The notes under the pieces were generated by a model. It was not told where the DNA came from and did not search any database. It saw only the letters and a program-made list of their open reading frames with translations. Positions 9,814-19,393 of a DNA stretch of 64,000 nt are shown here, one piece after another (position 1 is the stretch's first letter; each line of letters opens with the position of its first letter). Source of the stretch: an uncultured bacterium (GTDB lineage Bacteria > Desulfobacterota_D > UBA1144 > Nemesobacterales > UBA2774); contig CAVPJU010000006.1 of assembly GCA_963705505.1 (NCBI GenBank), positions 352,001-416,000 of the forward strand. The letters are read 5' to 3'. The translations under genes were made by a program, and so were the position numbers.

Positions 9814-10525
9814 ATGTCTCATATGCACATACCGGATGGAGTGCTTCCGATGTGGATCGTAACAGCGGGCTGGATAGCGACAGCCCTGGTACTGGCATTC
9901 TGCATCAGGAGGGTGAGCTCGATCGAGCTCAGGCGGAAGATACCGCTAGTCGGCATAATCTCAGCGCTCATGATAGTGGGCATGTCTCTCGAGATCGTAC
10001 CGATCGGATACCACGTAAACCTGAGCGTAATAGCGGGTATCGTTCTCGGCCCGGCCCTGGCTTTTATCTCGGTATTCATAGTGAACCTGATAATCTCGAT
10101 GTTCGGCCACGGGGGCGTTACGGTCGTCGGGCTCAACACCCTGGTCATAGGGGCCGAAGCGGTACTGGGCTATTACTTATTTCAATTATTCAGGTCGGTT
10201 ATAGGGGAAAAACCACTCGGCTGGGAATCCTCGCTCGCCGCCTTCCTGAGTCTTTTATTAAGCACATCCCTGATGCTGGGAATCGTATACCTATCTCATG
10301 TGAGCCCGGCAAAAATCGAGGACATCGGTCATCTGTTATCGGGAACGGGCAATAGCATAAGCGGAAATCAGGTCTGCGGACGACGGAATTAATTTCTCCA
10401 GGTTCGCCAAAACAGTCTTTATATTGGCCCCGCTGGGGTGGGTACTAGAGGCCGCGATAACGGGACTCGTCATCAAGTATGTATCCCGCGTTAGGCCCGA
10501 CCTGGTCGTGCAAGAGCGGGCATAG
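9814..10525 (+). CDS. cbiM: ECF transporter S component, CbiM/NikM family (one-base frameshift at ~10358)
   Basis: MHIPDG N-terminal signature. The reading continues in the +1 frame (AEIRSADDGINFSRFAKTVFILAPLGWVLEAAITGLVIKYVSRVRPDL...) to TAG 10523-10525. Confidence 0.8.
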
Positions 10526-10535
10526 GAGCGTATTC

Positions 10536-11361
10536 ATGGACGTTTCGGCAATTGATTATTACGCAAACCACGGAGCGAGCTTCCTGCACAAGGCCCGCGC
10601 CGTATCAAAGATTCTGTTTGCGGGGCTCGTTATCGCATCAGTCGTAATCACAAGCGACTTCTATCTCCTGCTCGCGATTTATCTATCACTTTTATCATTA
10701 GTTATATGGACGAGGCTCCCCGTGCTTAAGATAATCACTATTGCAGCATATCCCGCGTTATTCGCGCTGATATTCGCGGCCGCGACCTGGAACGGGAGCT
10801 GGGTACGCGCGGGCGTGATAATTTTGAAAGGCCCTGGACGCGGCGCTGGGAATGGTAATTCTCATAGTTACCACCCCTTATCCGGAGGTATTTTCATGTA
10901 TAAGACCCGTACTGCCGGGGATCATCTCCGAAGGACTTCTGCTCACATACAGGTCGCTTTTCATACTCCTCGAGCTCACCGACAACCTCGTCAGGGGCCT
11001 CAGGGTCAGGGGCGGACTCACACGCGGGAGATATATTAAAAACGTCGTTAATTTCTCCTCGGGAATCGGCCTATTGCTGGTAAGGGGGCTCGACATGTCG
11101 GAAAAGTTCTACGGAGTGCTGAGCGTCAGAGGGTACAGCGGAAAGATATCGGGAAGGGAGAGGGGAGAAAAGACAGGGGTGAACGACTTCACTGCTTTTT
11201 TAATAGGCGTAATAATATTTTCAGCAGCGTTATGGATACGAACCGATAGGGAAACGTCCGAATACGAAAGCTACTTCCTGGCCTTCTCCATAATCGCGCT
11301 TCTTACATCGTCGGCATATTTCTTACTTCCGAAACTCGGGGTGGAAGCTTGGAAGAAATAG
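10536..11361 (+). CDS. cbiQ: ECF transporter T component, CbiQ family (one-base frameshift at ~10828)
   Basis: MDVSAIDYYANHGASFLHK... joins ALDAALGMVILIVTTPYPE...RGG...RGYSG after removing one base. Confidence 0.78.
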
Positions 11362-12206
11362 TAAAGGTCAGAGACGTTAATTTTAAATACCCTGACGGGA
11401 CGGCTCTCAAATTCGACGGGCACGATTTCACCGTCAGGAAAGGGGAGCGCGTCGTAATGCTGGGGCCCAACGGGAGCGGAAAATCCACACTCCTGTCCCT
11501 CCTCCTCGGGCTCCTTAAACCTGTGGACGGCGAGATCGAGGTGCTTGGCGTAAGCCCCTCGAATGATTACGAAAAGATAAGGGAGAAGATCGGGGCGCTG
11601 CTTCAGAACGTAGACCTCCAGATCATAGCGCCCAGGGTGTGGGACGACGTCTCGTTCTCTCCCAGGAATTACGGCTACAAAGAAGAAGAAACCGCGAAGC
11701 TCGTGGACGATATACTGAAAAAGCTCGACATAGAGCATCTTAAGGATAAAGTCCCGCACTATCTGAGCGGAGGAGAAAAAACCAAGGTCGGGCTTGCGGG
11801 AGCGCTCGTAATCAAACCCGAGCTCCTCATACTGGACGAGCCGTTTGAGCACATCGACCCCGCCTGCAGGACGGAGCTGATCAAGTTATTAAATAAGGTG
11901 AATAAAGAAAACGGGACGGCTATAATTTTATCGACTCACAACATGAATACAGTCCCCTTGATCGCGGACACGGTTTACCTGATTGCGGAGGGCGGAAAGA
12001 TCGTGGGGAAAGGGACTCCGAAGGAAATATTTTCTCAGGTCGAGACCCTTTCCAAATGTCATATCGAGCCCCCGGTACTGGGAGAGCTATTCTCTGAGCT
12101 GAAAAAACTCGGGGTCGATATGGACGTCTCGCTTACGGTCGATGAAGCTGCTTGTACAATAGCAAACGCAATGGTATTATCGAAAAATAAAACGGGCCTC
12201 GGATGA
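11349..12206 (+). CDS. cbiO: ECF transporter ATPase, CbiO family
   Basis: GPNGSGKST, LSGGEK and LDEP; follows cbiM and cbiQ. Confidence 0.85.
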   Translation: MEEIVKVRDVNFKYPDGTALKFDGHDFTVRKGERVVMLGPNGSGKSTLLSLLLGLLKPVDGEIEVLGVSPSNDYEKIREKIGALLQNVDLQIIAPRVWDDVSFSPRNYGYKEEETAKLVDDILKKLDIEHLKDKVPHYLSGGEKTKVGLAGALVIKPELLILDEPFEHIDPACRTELIKLLNKVNKENGTAIILSTHNMNTVPLIADTVYLIAEGGKIVGKGTPKEIFSQVETLSKCHIEPPVLGELFSELKKLGVDMDVSLTVDEAACTIANAMVLSKNKTGLG

Positions 12207-12542
12207 AACCGATAAGAGATATTAACAAAAGCAGGCGTATCGAAATTTCTTATCCCCTTCCTGGGAGTACTCCTCGTTTTCTCGATCAGCTTACATAATC
12301 ACAAGATAAGCCTGAGCCCGGACTCTCACGTAACAATCACTGCCGCGTCGCATACGGCGAGTCATTCCGTGGACGGATGCTCCGCCTGTCTGCTTCACGG
12401 AAATATCAAGCTCACAGTTACGGAAACCGTCTTCAGTCTTATAGACGCCGGGCGATCAATTTCATTCAGCGAGAACGAACATTTAAATCCTTATACGTTT
12501 TTAAAACAAAATATCCCTTCCCGTTCACCTCCGGCGGTCTAA
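12203..12542 (+). CDS. DUF2946/CruR/CutF-like leader protein with CxxC and a C-terminal RSPP motif (apparent one-base insertion after codon 5)
   Basis: ATG 12203 overlaps the cbiO stop. From 12219 the frame is open: ILTKAGVSKFLIPFLGVLLVFSISLHNHKISLSPDSHVTITAASHTASHSVDGCSACLLHG...QNIPSRSPPAV* (TAA 12540-12542). Confidence 0.7.
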
Positions 12543-12693
12543 GCCGATAATCGTCATTCCGGCCCCCGGAGCCGCATTTTCAGCACACTAATTTCTTCAA
12601 GCCCCGAGTTATAGTACGCACTCATCAATTGGGACTATATCGCGGCATGTCCGACACATCCCGGATCCAAATCCGTCCGGGACTGACCGTGCG

Positions 12694-12756
12694 TCTCCTC
12701 CGGAAAGGCGATATCGAATCCGCTTCGATCATCTAACTACATTTTCGGAGGTGAGA
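12694..12756 (+). promoter_or_regulatory. Hairpin sequestering the SD of the downstream outer-membrane gene
   Basis: TCTCCTCCGGAAA (12694-12706) pairs with TTTTCGGAGGTGAGA (12742-12756), which contains GGAGG before ATG 12758. Confidence 0.6.
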
Positions 12757-12757
12757 T

Positions 12758-14143
12758 ATGAATTACGCAAGAATTATTGCGATATTGATAATTTCTTTTA
12801 TTGCTTCCTCCCCGTTTTTATACAACGATGCGTTCGGGCAGGAGAGCGATGACGTTAAGAACGAAATAAAAGAGCTTAAACAGATGATGGAGAAAATGCA
12901 GCAAAGAATCACCGACCTCGAGGAAAAGAACAGGGTCCTCGAGCAGCAGGCGAAAGAGAAAGTGAAAGAGAATGTCGTCGTAAAAGAGGAGACACAAATA
13001 ATTCCGGCAGCGCCTCCGCCCCAGCAGGAGAGCTTTTTAAGCAAAGTGGCTCAAACGCTAAACCCCGATATTAGCGTTATAGGTATTTTTGCTGCGGCTT
13101 GGTACTCCCGGAACGATCCGTACGTTTTTGCCGAGGACGACCCGCAAAATACCGGAGTAAATTTACAGGAGCTGGAATTGGCTTTCCAAAGTATTGTCGA
13201 TCCGTATTTCAGGTTCGACACATTCATCTCATTAAAGCAGGATAGTGTGGAGGTAGAGGAAGCGTACGGGACCTCGCTATTCAGCATGCCTCTGAATACG
13301 CAGTTCAGGATGGGGCGTATGAGGGCGAAATTCGGAAGGATTAACCAGATACATACGCACGCCCAGAACTTCGTCACCCTCCCGCTAGTCGCTGCTGAGT
13401 TCCTGGGCGAGCATCTGAACCCGACGAGCATAGAGACCGATTTCCTCATCCCCGTGCCCTGGTTCATGGAGCTGAGCGCTTTGGGCGGCAGCCCCGATGT
13501 CGAGACCCCGACGTTTGCCACGGATGAGGCTAACGCGAATAACCTGGCCTACCTGCTCTACGTCTTTCACCTCGCTAATTTCTTCGAAGTGAGCGACTCT
13601 CTCGGAGTAAACCTCGGAGCTTCATTCGCCACGGGCAGCAACGGAACGGGCCCTAAGGAACGCTCGAACCTCTACGGAGCCGACCTCTACGCTAAATACA
13701 GACCGCTCAGAAACAGCCCGTATACGGAACTCAAGCTCCAGTCGGAGTTCATGTGGAGGCAGGCGGACACGCCTGAAGAGAAGCTCGAGGACTACGGATT
13801 TTATGCGGAGGGAATCTACAGGTTCGCAAAGAGATGGAACACGGGAATGAGATTCGATCTGACCGATACGAACACCCCCGTCGCAGGCGTCCAAGACGGC
13901 GTTGAACTCGTATCCGCGGACTCTGCTGACCTCGTCAGCAGCAGAGCGATCAATCCGGGAGAGACATTAGGATTACCGGGGAGGGCGTATCGCATATCGC
14001 CCATGCTGACCTTCAGCCCGAGCGAATTCTCACAATTCAGGCTAGAGTACGATTACCTGAACCAGAACTATGCAGGAAACCAGCACGCTATCTTCCTGCA
14101 GTTCCAGTACGCGATAGGGGCTCACGGGGCGCATCCTTATTAA
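12758..14143 (+). CDS. Outer-membrane beta-barrel protein (putative metal-uptake porin) with an N-terminal coiled coil
   Basis: Signal peptide, coiled coil (EIKELKQMMEKMQQRITDLEEKN), LNPDISVIG, amphipathic beta strands and a His-containing C-terminus GAHGAHPY. It lies directly upstream of znuA-like genes. Confidence 0.7.
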   Translation: MNYARIIAILIISFIASSPFLYNDAFGQESDDVKNEIKELKQMMEKMQQRITDLEEKNRVLEQQAKEKVKENVVVKEETQIIPAAPPPQQESFLSKVAQTLNPDISVIGIFAAAWYSRNDPYVFAEDDPQNTGVNLQELELAFQSIVDPYFRFDTFISLKQDSVEVEEAYGTSLFSMPLNTQFRMGRMRAKFGRINQIHTHAQNFVTLPLVAAEFLGEHLNPTSIETDFLIPVPWFMELSALGGSPDVETPTFATDEANANNLAYLLYVFHLANFFEVSDSLGVNLGASFATGSNGTGPKERSNLYGADLYAKYRPLRNSPYTELKLQSEFMWRQADTPEEKLEDYGFYAEGIYRFAKRWNTGMRFDLTDTNTPVAGVQDGVELVSADSADLVSSRAINPGETLGLPGRAYRISPMLTFSPSEFSQFRLEYDYLNQNYAGNQHAIFLQFQYAIGAHGAHPY

Positions 14144-14163
14144 TCAAATTTGCTCAGGAGGAA

Positions 14164-15153
14164 ATGAATATGAAACGGTATAACATTCTTCACTGCTTCA
14201 CGGTATTCATTACTTTCGTCCTCATCTCCATTTTCTTCTACACTGGGGATGCATCGGCGAAGGTACATATAGTCGCTTCGCTCCCCGACCTTGGGGCAAT
14301 CGCGCAGGAAATAGGGGGTGACAAGGTCGATGTGGTAACCCTGGCCAAGGGGTACCAGGACCCGCACTTTGTGGACGCAAAGCCCACATACGTGACGAAG
14401 CTTAACAGGGCGGACCTTCTCATCTACAACGGACTCGATCTCGAGATCGGCTGGCTGCCCCCTCTGATCACAGGGTCCAGGAACTCCAAGATCACGTCCA
14501 CGGACGCCCTCGGACGTCTCGACGCTTCCGCCTATATCCCACAGGTGCTTGAAGTACCGACTACGCAGATCGACAGATCGATGGGAGACATACATCCGAA
14601 AGGCAATCCGCATTACCTCCTCGACCCGAGGAACGGTATTCCCATTGCCGCCGGGATAACGGCGAGATTAAAGGAGATCGACCCGGAAAACGCCTCTTAT
14701 TACGAGGAGAATTACAAAAAATTTGCCGATAACCTGAATGCAGAAAATAAAGCAATGGGACGAGGAGCTCGCTCCTTATAAAGGAACGGAGATCGTTTCT
14801 TATCACAAAAACCTCAATATCTTTCGGAGTGGGTCGGATTTAAGGAAGTGGGATTATAGAGCCGAAGCCAGGCATACCTGCCGTCGCCGTCCCACGTCGC
14901 CGACCTGATCAAACAAATGAAAGCGACGGACGTGAAGCTCGTTATTGCTTCAAACTATTATCCCCAAAAAACCGGTTCGCTCATCGCTGATCAGACAGGC
15001 GCTGTGTTCCTATCCATACCCACAAGCGTAGGGGGGCAGGACGGGATTAATACATACTTCGACCTGTTCGATGTGATCGTGGACGATATAACCTCGGCAT
15101 TGAAGAATAAAACGGGATCGACGAATCATTCGGCCTCGAAGGCGGGTGGATAG
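14164..15153 (+). CDS. znuA: Zn/Mn ABC transporter substrate-binding protein, ZnuA/TroA family (about four indels at 14740-14880)
   Basis: QDPHFVDAKP and GDIHPKGNPHYLLDP. The C-terminal pieces KIKQWDEELAPYKGTEIVSYH / YLSEWVGFKEVG / IEPKPGIP / PSPSHVADLIKQMK lie in shifting frames. Confidence 0.75.
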
Positions 15154-15165
15154 TTACGCGTACCA

Positions 15166-15216
15166 ATGTAGCCCCCTGTGCTATCTCTCCTAACCGAAAT
15201 ACTCAGGGGACTACAT
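15166..15216 (+). other. Intergenic stem-loop after the substrate-binding protein gene
   Basis: ATGTAGCCCCCTG (15166-15178) / CAGGGGACTACAT (15204-15216). It may stabilise the znuA segment of the mRNA. Confidence 0.45.
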
Positions 15217-15250
15217 GGTTTATTCAATCAGAAGGACGGTCAGAAATCGG

Positions 15251-15988
15251 ATGGCAAACTTAATAAGACTCGAAGACGTGACTCTAGGATATGAGAACAG
15301 AGGAATATTGGGTCCTCTAGACCTTTCGATAGAGAGGGGCCAATTCTGGGGCATATTAGGTCAGAACGGGGGCGGAAAATCCACACTACTCAAAACTCTT
15401 CTGGGCCTGCTTCCGCCCGTTTCGGGAAACATAGAATCGGCAGAAGAAATCGTATTCGGATATGTGCCTCAGCATGAGAAATTCGACCCGATATTCCCTG
15501 TTTCGGCAGAGGAGGTCGTATCCATGGGGAGATACAGCAGGGTCTCCGCGGGAAAAAGGCTCACGAACTCAGATCGCGAAGCGGTAACGCTGTCCCTGGA
15601 AAAAGTCGGAATAAGTCATTTGAAAGACCGCACATTCAGGTCCCTCTCGGGGGGAGAGAAGCAGCGTACTCTCCTCGCCCGCGCCATATCAGGCGAGCCC
15701 GACATACTCGTCCTCGACGAGCCTACCGCGTCTGTCGATCTAAAGGGAGAGGCGCAAATCATGGAGCTCGTGCAAAAGATCAGGTCCGATGACGGGCTGA
15801 CCGTACTGATGGTGAGCCACTTTTTAAACACGGTTACCAATTACGCGGACATGATTATGTTGATCGATAAGGACAGCGGATATTTCAAGGCAGGCGGCAG
15901 AAGCGAAGTACTGACCGATGACAATTTAAGTAAATTCTTCGGACTGAGCGCCGGCTCTCAGCAGATGAAGAGTTTGAGAGAAATCTAG
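15251..15988 (+). CDS. znuC: Metal ABC transporter ATP-binding protein (ZnuC-like)
   Basis: GQNGGGKST, GYVPQ, LSGGEKQR and LDEPTASVD. Confidence 0.85.
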   Translation: MANLIRLEDVTLGYENRGILGPLDLSIERGQFWGILGQNGGGKSTLLKTLLGLLPPVSGNIESAEEIVFGYVPQHEKFDPIFPVSAEEVVSMGRYSRVSAGKRLTNSDREAVTLSLEKVGISHLKDRTFRSLSGGEKQRTLLARAISGEPDILVLDEPTASVDLKGEAQIMELVQKIRSDDGLTVLMVSHFLNTVTNYADMIMLIDKDSGYFKAGGRSEVLTDDNLSKFFGLSAGSQQMKSLREI

Positions 15989-16010
15989 ATATGGGGACAA
16001 GGCATAATTA

Positions 16011-16864
16011 ATGGGAATATTAAAAGAATTTATAGACAGCTATTTTCTCTGGCGGGACCCGATGATAGTAGGGGCGGTTTCGGGCGCCATATGCGGCTTC
16101 CTTGGCGTGTACGTCGTGCTCAGGAGAATAATCTTCGTAAGCGCAGCGCTTACTCAAATCTCGAGCTTCGGAGTAGCCCTTTCTTTTTACCTCGAGGGGT
16201 ACAGCCTGGGAGCGCTGGCATCTTTGATACATCCCTTCATTCTGTCTATAGCCCTCACTTCGCTCGCTGCCCTCTTTTTCGCTCTCAAAAGAGACTATTC
16301 GCGCATAAGCCGGGAAGGGGTGATAGGTTTCGGGTTTTTAATCGCTTCGGGGGCGGTCGTAATACTCGGGGACAGAATAACCAAAGGCGCTCACGATATA
16401 GCGAATATCCTTTTCGGGAGCGCCGTCGTCGTTGATCCAAAGGACCTGTTAATAATTCCCGCTAGTTGCTCTCGCGGCAGCGATAATCCATGCCATTTAC
16501 TTTAAAGATTTTATATTCGTTTCGTTTCGACGAAGAATCCGCACGGTTATTCAAGTATCCGGTCAGAATGCTCAATACAGTTATGCTTATTACCATAGCC
16601 GTAGTGGCGTCCGTATCGACCAGAGCGCTTGGGGCGCTTCCGGTCTTCGCGTTCCTCGCCCTCCCGCCTCTCACTTCACTATTTCTGACGGAGAAGCTCA
16701 AGCTTGTTTTCGCGCTCTCGGTAATAGTGGGCGTATCGTCGGCAACGCTCGGTTATTTCTTCTCGTTCATACTGTCCATTCCGACAGGGGCTTCCATGGC
16801 GGTCTGCGCTTCGATCTTTTTCATCCTGGGTCTCTTGTGGCGTGAGGTTAGAATCAGGATTTAG
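16011..16864 (+). CDS. znuB: Metal ABC transporter permease (ZnuB-like; frameshifts at ~16461 and ~16526)
   Basis: CGFLGVYVVLRRIIFVSAAL and ILFGS; the restored join reads LVALAAAIIHAIYFKDFIFVSFDEESAR. Confidence 0.78.
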
Positions 16865-16865
16865 A

Positions 16866-17417
16866 ATGAGGATAAGACAAATAATGAACGCATTATTGCA
16901 GACTATGAAATGTCTCCCGCACGCAATGCCGCTGCTGCTTTCAGCGTTCCTTATATTCTCCGCGTGCAGTAAATACGGAAAAGTCGCCGAGACCCTGGAT
17001 TTTTTAAAGTTCGAAAGCTTTAACTGCGACGTGGTCAGAGTCGAAGGAAGCGGCAGTTTTTTTTGCCAGCTCCCGGACATGGACATAGAAACAATCAGGC
17101 TCATCGGAATCAGCATCCCGGCGGAGAGTGAAAACGATGCGAAGAAATATTGCGAATCGGTACTGAGCAGGGGGACGCTCGTAAAAGTAGAGCCCGATAA
17201 GGAGCTGAGGGAAAAAGAGGGAGACATTCCGGCTTACGTATTCGTTCCGGGCGGGAAAATGCTGAATGTTCTCCTTATAGAAAAGGGATATGCAAAACCG
17301 GTTACAAAAGAGCTCAATGAAAAGTATATGAATTTATTTGTCGGAGCCCAGAAAGAAGGAAAAACAGAAAAGAACGAGGCTACAGATGAAGGAGAAAAGC
17401 CGCCCTGGCTCAAGTAA
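16866..17417 (+). CDS. Thermonuclease (SNase)-fold lipoprotein with a degenerate active site
   Basis: Lipobox LIFSAC; VVRVEGSGSF..IRLIGISIP..AYVF..MLNVLLIEKGYAK follows the SNase pattern. Confidence 0.65.
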   Translation: MRIRQIMNALLQTMKCLPHAMPLLLSAFLIFSACSKYGKVAETLDFLKFESFNCDVVRVEGSGSFFCQLPDMDIETIRLIGISIPAESENDAKKYCESVLSRGTLVKVEPDKELREKEGDIPAYVFVPGGKMLNVLLIEKGYAKPVTKELNEKYMNLFVGAQKEGKTEKNEATDEGEKPPWLK

Positions 17418-17427
17418 TGAAACGGAC

Positions 17428-18099
17428 ATGCCGATATTAGAAATTACGGATCTCAAAAAAAGTTATATCTCTCCGGAAGGAGAGAGCTTATTAGTGATAG
17501 ACGTACCTCATTTCTCACTGGAAAAAGGGGAACATGCAGCCCTCATGGGAGACAGCGGTTCGGGCAAGACCACTCTTCTAAACCTTATAGCAGGAATACT
17601 GAGACCCGACAGCGGGATAATACTCCTTGCGGAGAAGGATATGTCGACTCTTTCCGAATCAGGAAGGGACAGGCTGAGGGCCGAGAACATAGGGTACATA
17701 TTTCAAACCTTTAACCTGCTTCAGGGCTATTCGGCGCTTGAGAACGTAATGCTCGGGATGATGTTCGGCAGCGGAGAGGATAAGAGTTTGGCGCATTCAC
17801 TCCTTCAAAGAGTCGGCCTCGGTGACCGGATCAATTACATGCCCGGTCAACTATCCGTCGGGCAGCAGCAGCGGGTCGCCGTAGCGAGAGCGCTGGCAAA
17901 CCGTCCCAGACTGGTCCTCGCCGACGAGCCTACGGGGAACCTCGACTTCCGGAATTCGGGCGAAGCCGTAAACCTGATCCGCGGGATATGCGGCGAGAAC
18001 GACGCCGCGCTCCTGCTCGTTAGCCACGATCAGAACGTGCTCGATAAATTCGAGCGAGTGGAGAAATTGAGTGAAATAAATCGTGCGCTGAATTATTGA
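17428..18099 (+). CDS. ABC transporter ATP-binding protein (LolD/ZrgB-like)
   Basis: GDSGSGKTT, IGYIFQTFNL, LSVGQQQRVAVARAL and ADEPTGNLD. Confidence 0.88.
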   Translation: MPILEITDLKKSYISPEGESLLVIDVPHFSLEKGEHAALMGDSGSGKTTLLNLIAGILRPDSGIILLAEKDMSTLSESGRDRLRAENIGYIFQTFNLLQGYSALENVMLGMMFGSGEDKSLAHSLLQRVGLGDRINYMPGQLSVGQQQRVAVARALANRPRLVLADEPTGNLDFRNSGEAVNLIRGICGENDAALLLVSHDQNVLDKFERVEKLSEINRALNY

Positions 18100-18118
18100 G
18101 GCGTAAGCGGGTACTGCT

Positions 18119-19384
18119 ATGAACAAATTAAGCGGAATTTTTCTTATAGTAAGGAAGAGCCTGATCCATCATAAGCTGTCGACGGTCGTGACTGTTATCT
18201 CAGTGGCGCTCGCAGCGGGCCTCGTCATGTCCGTATTCTGCATAAGAAATCAGACCTATGATGCGTTTACGGGGGGTCCCGTCGGATTCGACGCTGTGCT
18301 CGGGGCACGCGGCAGTCAGCTGCAGCTCGTATTGAATGCGGTATTTCACCTCGAAACATCTCCCGGAAATATTCCCTGGGAAATGTATCAGGCGGTCAAA
18401 CGAAATCCGAACGTCGTGCTCGCTATCCCCTATGCGGTCGGAGACAATTACAGGGGCTGGAGGATCGTAGGGACGGACAATCAGTTATTTACGGACTTCG
18501 AATACCGTAAAGGAAAAAAATTCAAAGTCAGTCCGGGAGGCAGGCTTTTCGACCCTCAGAAAAAAGAAGCCGTCGTCGGCAGCTACGTCGCAGACAAGAC
18601 CGGCTTGAAGGTAGGCTCGAAATTCCACCCCTTCCACGGCCTGGTATTCGACGAAAGGATGCGCCACGAGGATGAGTACACAGTGGTCGGAGTCTTGGAA
18701 CCCACAAACTCACCTTCCGACAGGGTGGTCTGGATACCGATCGAGGAATTCTACCGTATGTCGGGACACGTGCTCAGGGGTGCGGGAGACGTTTACACGC
18801 CTGTCGCGGGACAAGAAATACCCGATAAAGACAAGGAAGTGAGCGCCGTAATGCTGAAGCTAAAAAATCCGCAGGCGGGGTTCTTACTCGATCAGACGAT
18901 AAACAAGCAGGGAAAAGTCGCCACTCTCGCGTGGCCGATAGGAAAAGTCATGGCAGATCTGTTCGGAAAAATAGGATGGGTGAACAATATCCTGACTCTC
19001 GTCGCATATCTCGTCGTTGTCGTTGCGGCAGGGTCCATACTGGCGAGCATATACAACACTATGAATGAAAGGAAACGGGAATTCGCGATTCTCAGGGCGC
19101 TCGGAGCGAGGAGAAATACGGTATTTACGGCGATAGTTACAGAATCGGCATCGATAGCGCTAATGGGAACTTTATTTGGGTACCTGGTCTATGGAGCAAT
19201 TTTAACCGGAGCGGCTGTGATCGTAAGGGAGCAAACGGGCGTTGCGCTCGACATATTCCAGTTTAACTGGGTGCTGATTATAAATCCGGTCGTCATGGTT
19301 CTGCTGGGCGCCGGGGCCGGGATAATCCCCGCCGTAAAAGCATACTCCACGGATGTCGCGACTAATCTAGCGCCCTCTTCCTGA
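18119..19384 (+). CDS. MacB/FtsX-type ABC permease (ZrgC-like)
   Basis: GARGSQLQLVLNAVFH and ERKREFAILRALGA, with a large periplasmic domain. Confidence 0.82.
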   Translation: MNKLSGIFLIVRKSLIHHKLSTVVTVISVALAAGLVMSVFCIRNQTYDAFTGGPVGFDAVLGARGSQLQLVLNAVFHLETSPGNIPWEMYQAVKRNPNVVLAIPYAVGDNYRGWRIVGTDNQLFTDFEYRKGKKFKVSPGGRLFDPQKKEAVVGSYVADKTGLKVGSKFHPFHGLVFDERMRHEDEYTVVGVLEPTNSPSDRVVWIPIEEFYRMSGHVLRGAGDVYTPVAGQEIPDKDKEVSAVMLKLKNPQAGFLLDQTINKQGKVATLAWPIGKVMADLFGKIGWVNNILTLVAYLVVVVAAGSILASIYNTMNERKREFAILRALGARRNTVFTAIVTESASIALMGTLFGYLVYGAILTGAAVIVREQTGVALDIFQFNWVLIINPVVMVLLGAGAGIIPAVKAYSTDVATNLAPSS

Positions 19385-19393
19385 GGAGAAACG

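Noticed and set aside
10358..16530. Programmed ribosomal frameshifting in the metal operon
   Set aside because: There are too many scattered indels in both directions and no consistent slippery heptamers; sequencing error is simpler.
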